Part shown: positions 63,053 to 64,000 of the stretch, one piece after another
How the letters are laid out: every line of letters starts with the position of its first letter
How positions within the stretch are numbered: position 1 is the stretch's first letter
Assembly (NCBI GenBank): GCA_036172245.1
Contig: JAYWIR010000002.1
Coordinates: forward strand, 5,642,001-5,706,000
Source: Raillietiella orientalis
Taxonomy: Eukaryota
DNA: 64,000 nucleotides
Direction of reading: 5' to 3'
Translations under genes and position numbers: made by a program
The notes under the pieces: model-generated
What the model saw: only the letters and a program-made list of their open reading frames with translations
What the model was told of the DNA's origin: nothing
Database searches by the model: none

Positions 63053-64000
63053 GTGGTATCCTTGATGACGACCCGCGGAGGGCGCCTGACCCCGGGAGAC
63101 CTTCCCACTCGTAGAACAGTTCCCTCGCGATTGCCGGACGTCTCGAAGGCGCCCTACATACGTGACCCTTCGGCCCGTTTCACCTCCGGGACTGGTCCTC
63201 CGGACCTTTGTTCCTCCTCCTCCCCTTTAGCAAGTTGTCAGGAGCTGCACTGCAGCGCGCCCCTTGTCAGGAGCGTTTGAGGGAGGAATCTAACCGTCTG
63301 AAGAGCTGGGACACGCGGGTGACCTCTTGCCGATGCTTCTCCGCACCTGAGGCCATTCCCAAGAGTTCCTCAAATTCTCGTGTTCGCATCTTCCCACATG
63401 GCCCTTCCATAGTTTTCCTCTTCTACCATGTTTGGTCCCCCAAATCCCACGCGGACCAAGTGCAGCATCCTTTTGCTGTGCCCGCCCTGCGCGAAGAGCA
63501 TGCATCCCCGGAGGCGACACTACCGCTTGTCAGACCTAAAGAAAATTACAGGTGCGTGTGTGTGTGGGTCTCTGAGGGATCACAGGGTCGCTTCTGACGG
63601 ACACCCGCTTGTCGCGACCGAGTGACCGCGCCTCCGTGGCCGGTTCGGCGACGACCCCGCGTTCGCAGTGCACCACGTGGCCGCTCCAGCATGACTTCAT
63701 CCGCACCCGACTCCTCTGCGATGTTCCTCCCCTCTCCCCCTTCCTCCTCCCTCATGGAGCCATCCCCACGGAACGCTCGCGTCCGCGTGCTGAGCGCACA
63801 CCGAGGGGAAAGGTCCGCCGGAGAACCGCCGCAGCGGAATCCCTCCGGTGGAACCCCCCACTGCCCGGATTTCCGCGGCGCTGCTTCTGCTGCTGCGCGG
63901 TCCTGCAAGTTTAATTTCTTTCGCAGTTGACGAACGCTGCCCTCCGTTTTGATATTTCGCAGTCGACGAACTCCGCATTCCTATCGGATTTCTTTCGCAG

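Noticed and set aside
54250..64000. Many long overlapping Arg/Pro/Gly-rich ORFs
   Set aside because: Expected from high GC and low complexity; only the two SLC7 exons have real protein signatures.

Overview
Eukaryotic (animal, probably arthropod-like) genomic DNA with spliced genes; no prokaryotic operons, CRISPR arrays or RNA genes were seen. The main content is a minus-strand gene of about 35 kb (35405 to <113) that is almost invisible to the ORF track. I rebuilt it by hand as 32 phase-compatible GT-AG exons (about 1275 aa, still open at the window edge). Its order is: signal-peptide-like start, hemicentin/VWA7-type VWA domain with an intact DxSxS MIDAS, two beta-sandwich domains, one Ig domain, a divergent CUB-like domain, and at least 19 tandem, highly divergent Cys-rich mini-modules. 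Each module is encoded by one symmetric phase-1 exon (mostly 93 bp). One intron holds an apparently perfect 340-bp inverted repeat. Next come a graveyard of degenerate L1/Tx1-like LINEs and other retroelement remnants (36-48 kb) and a complete kinesin-5 gene (KIF11/Eg5/Klp61F) with five 40-46 bp introns. After an abrupt switch to GC-rich DNA near 54 kb are the first two exons of an SLC7 L-type amino acid transporter embedded in decayed repeats. Domain calls rest on motif recognition by eye, not on database searches.
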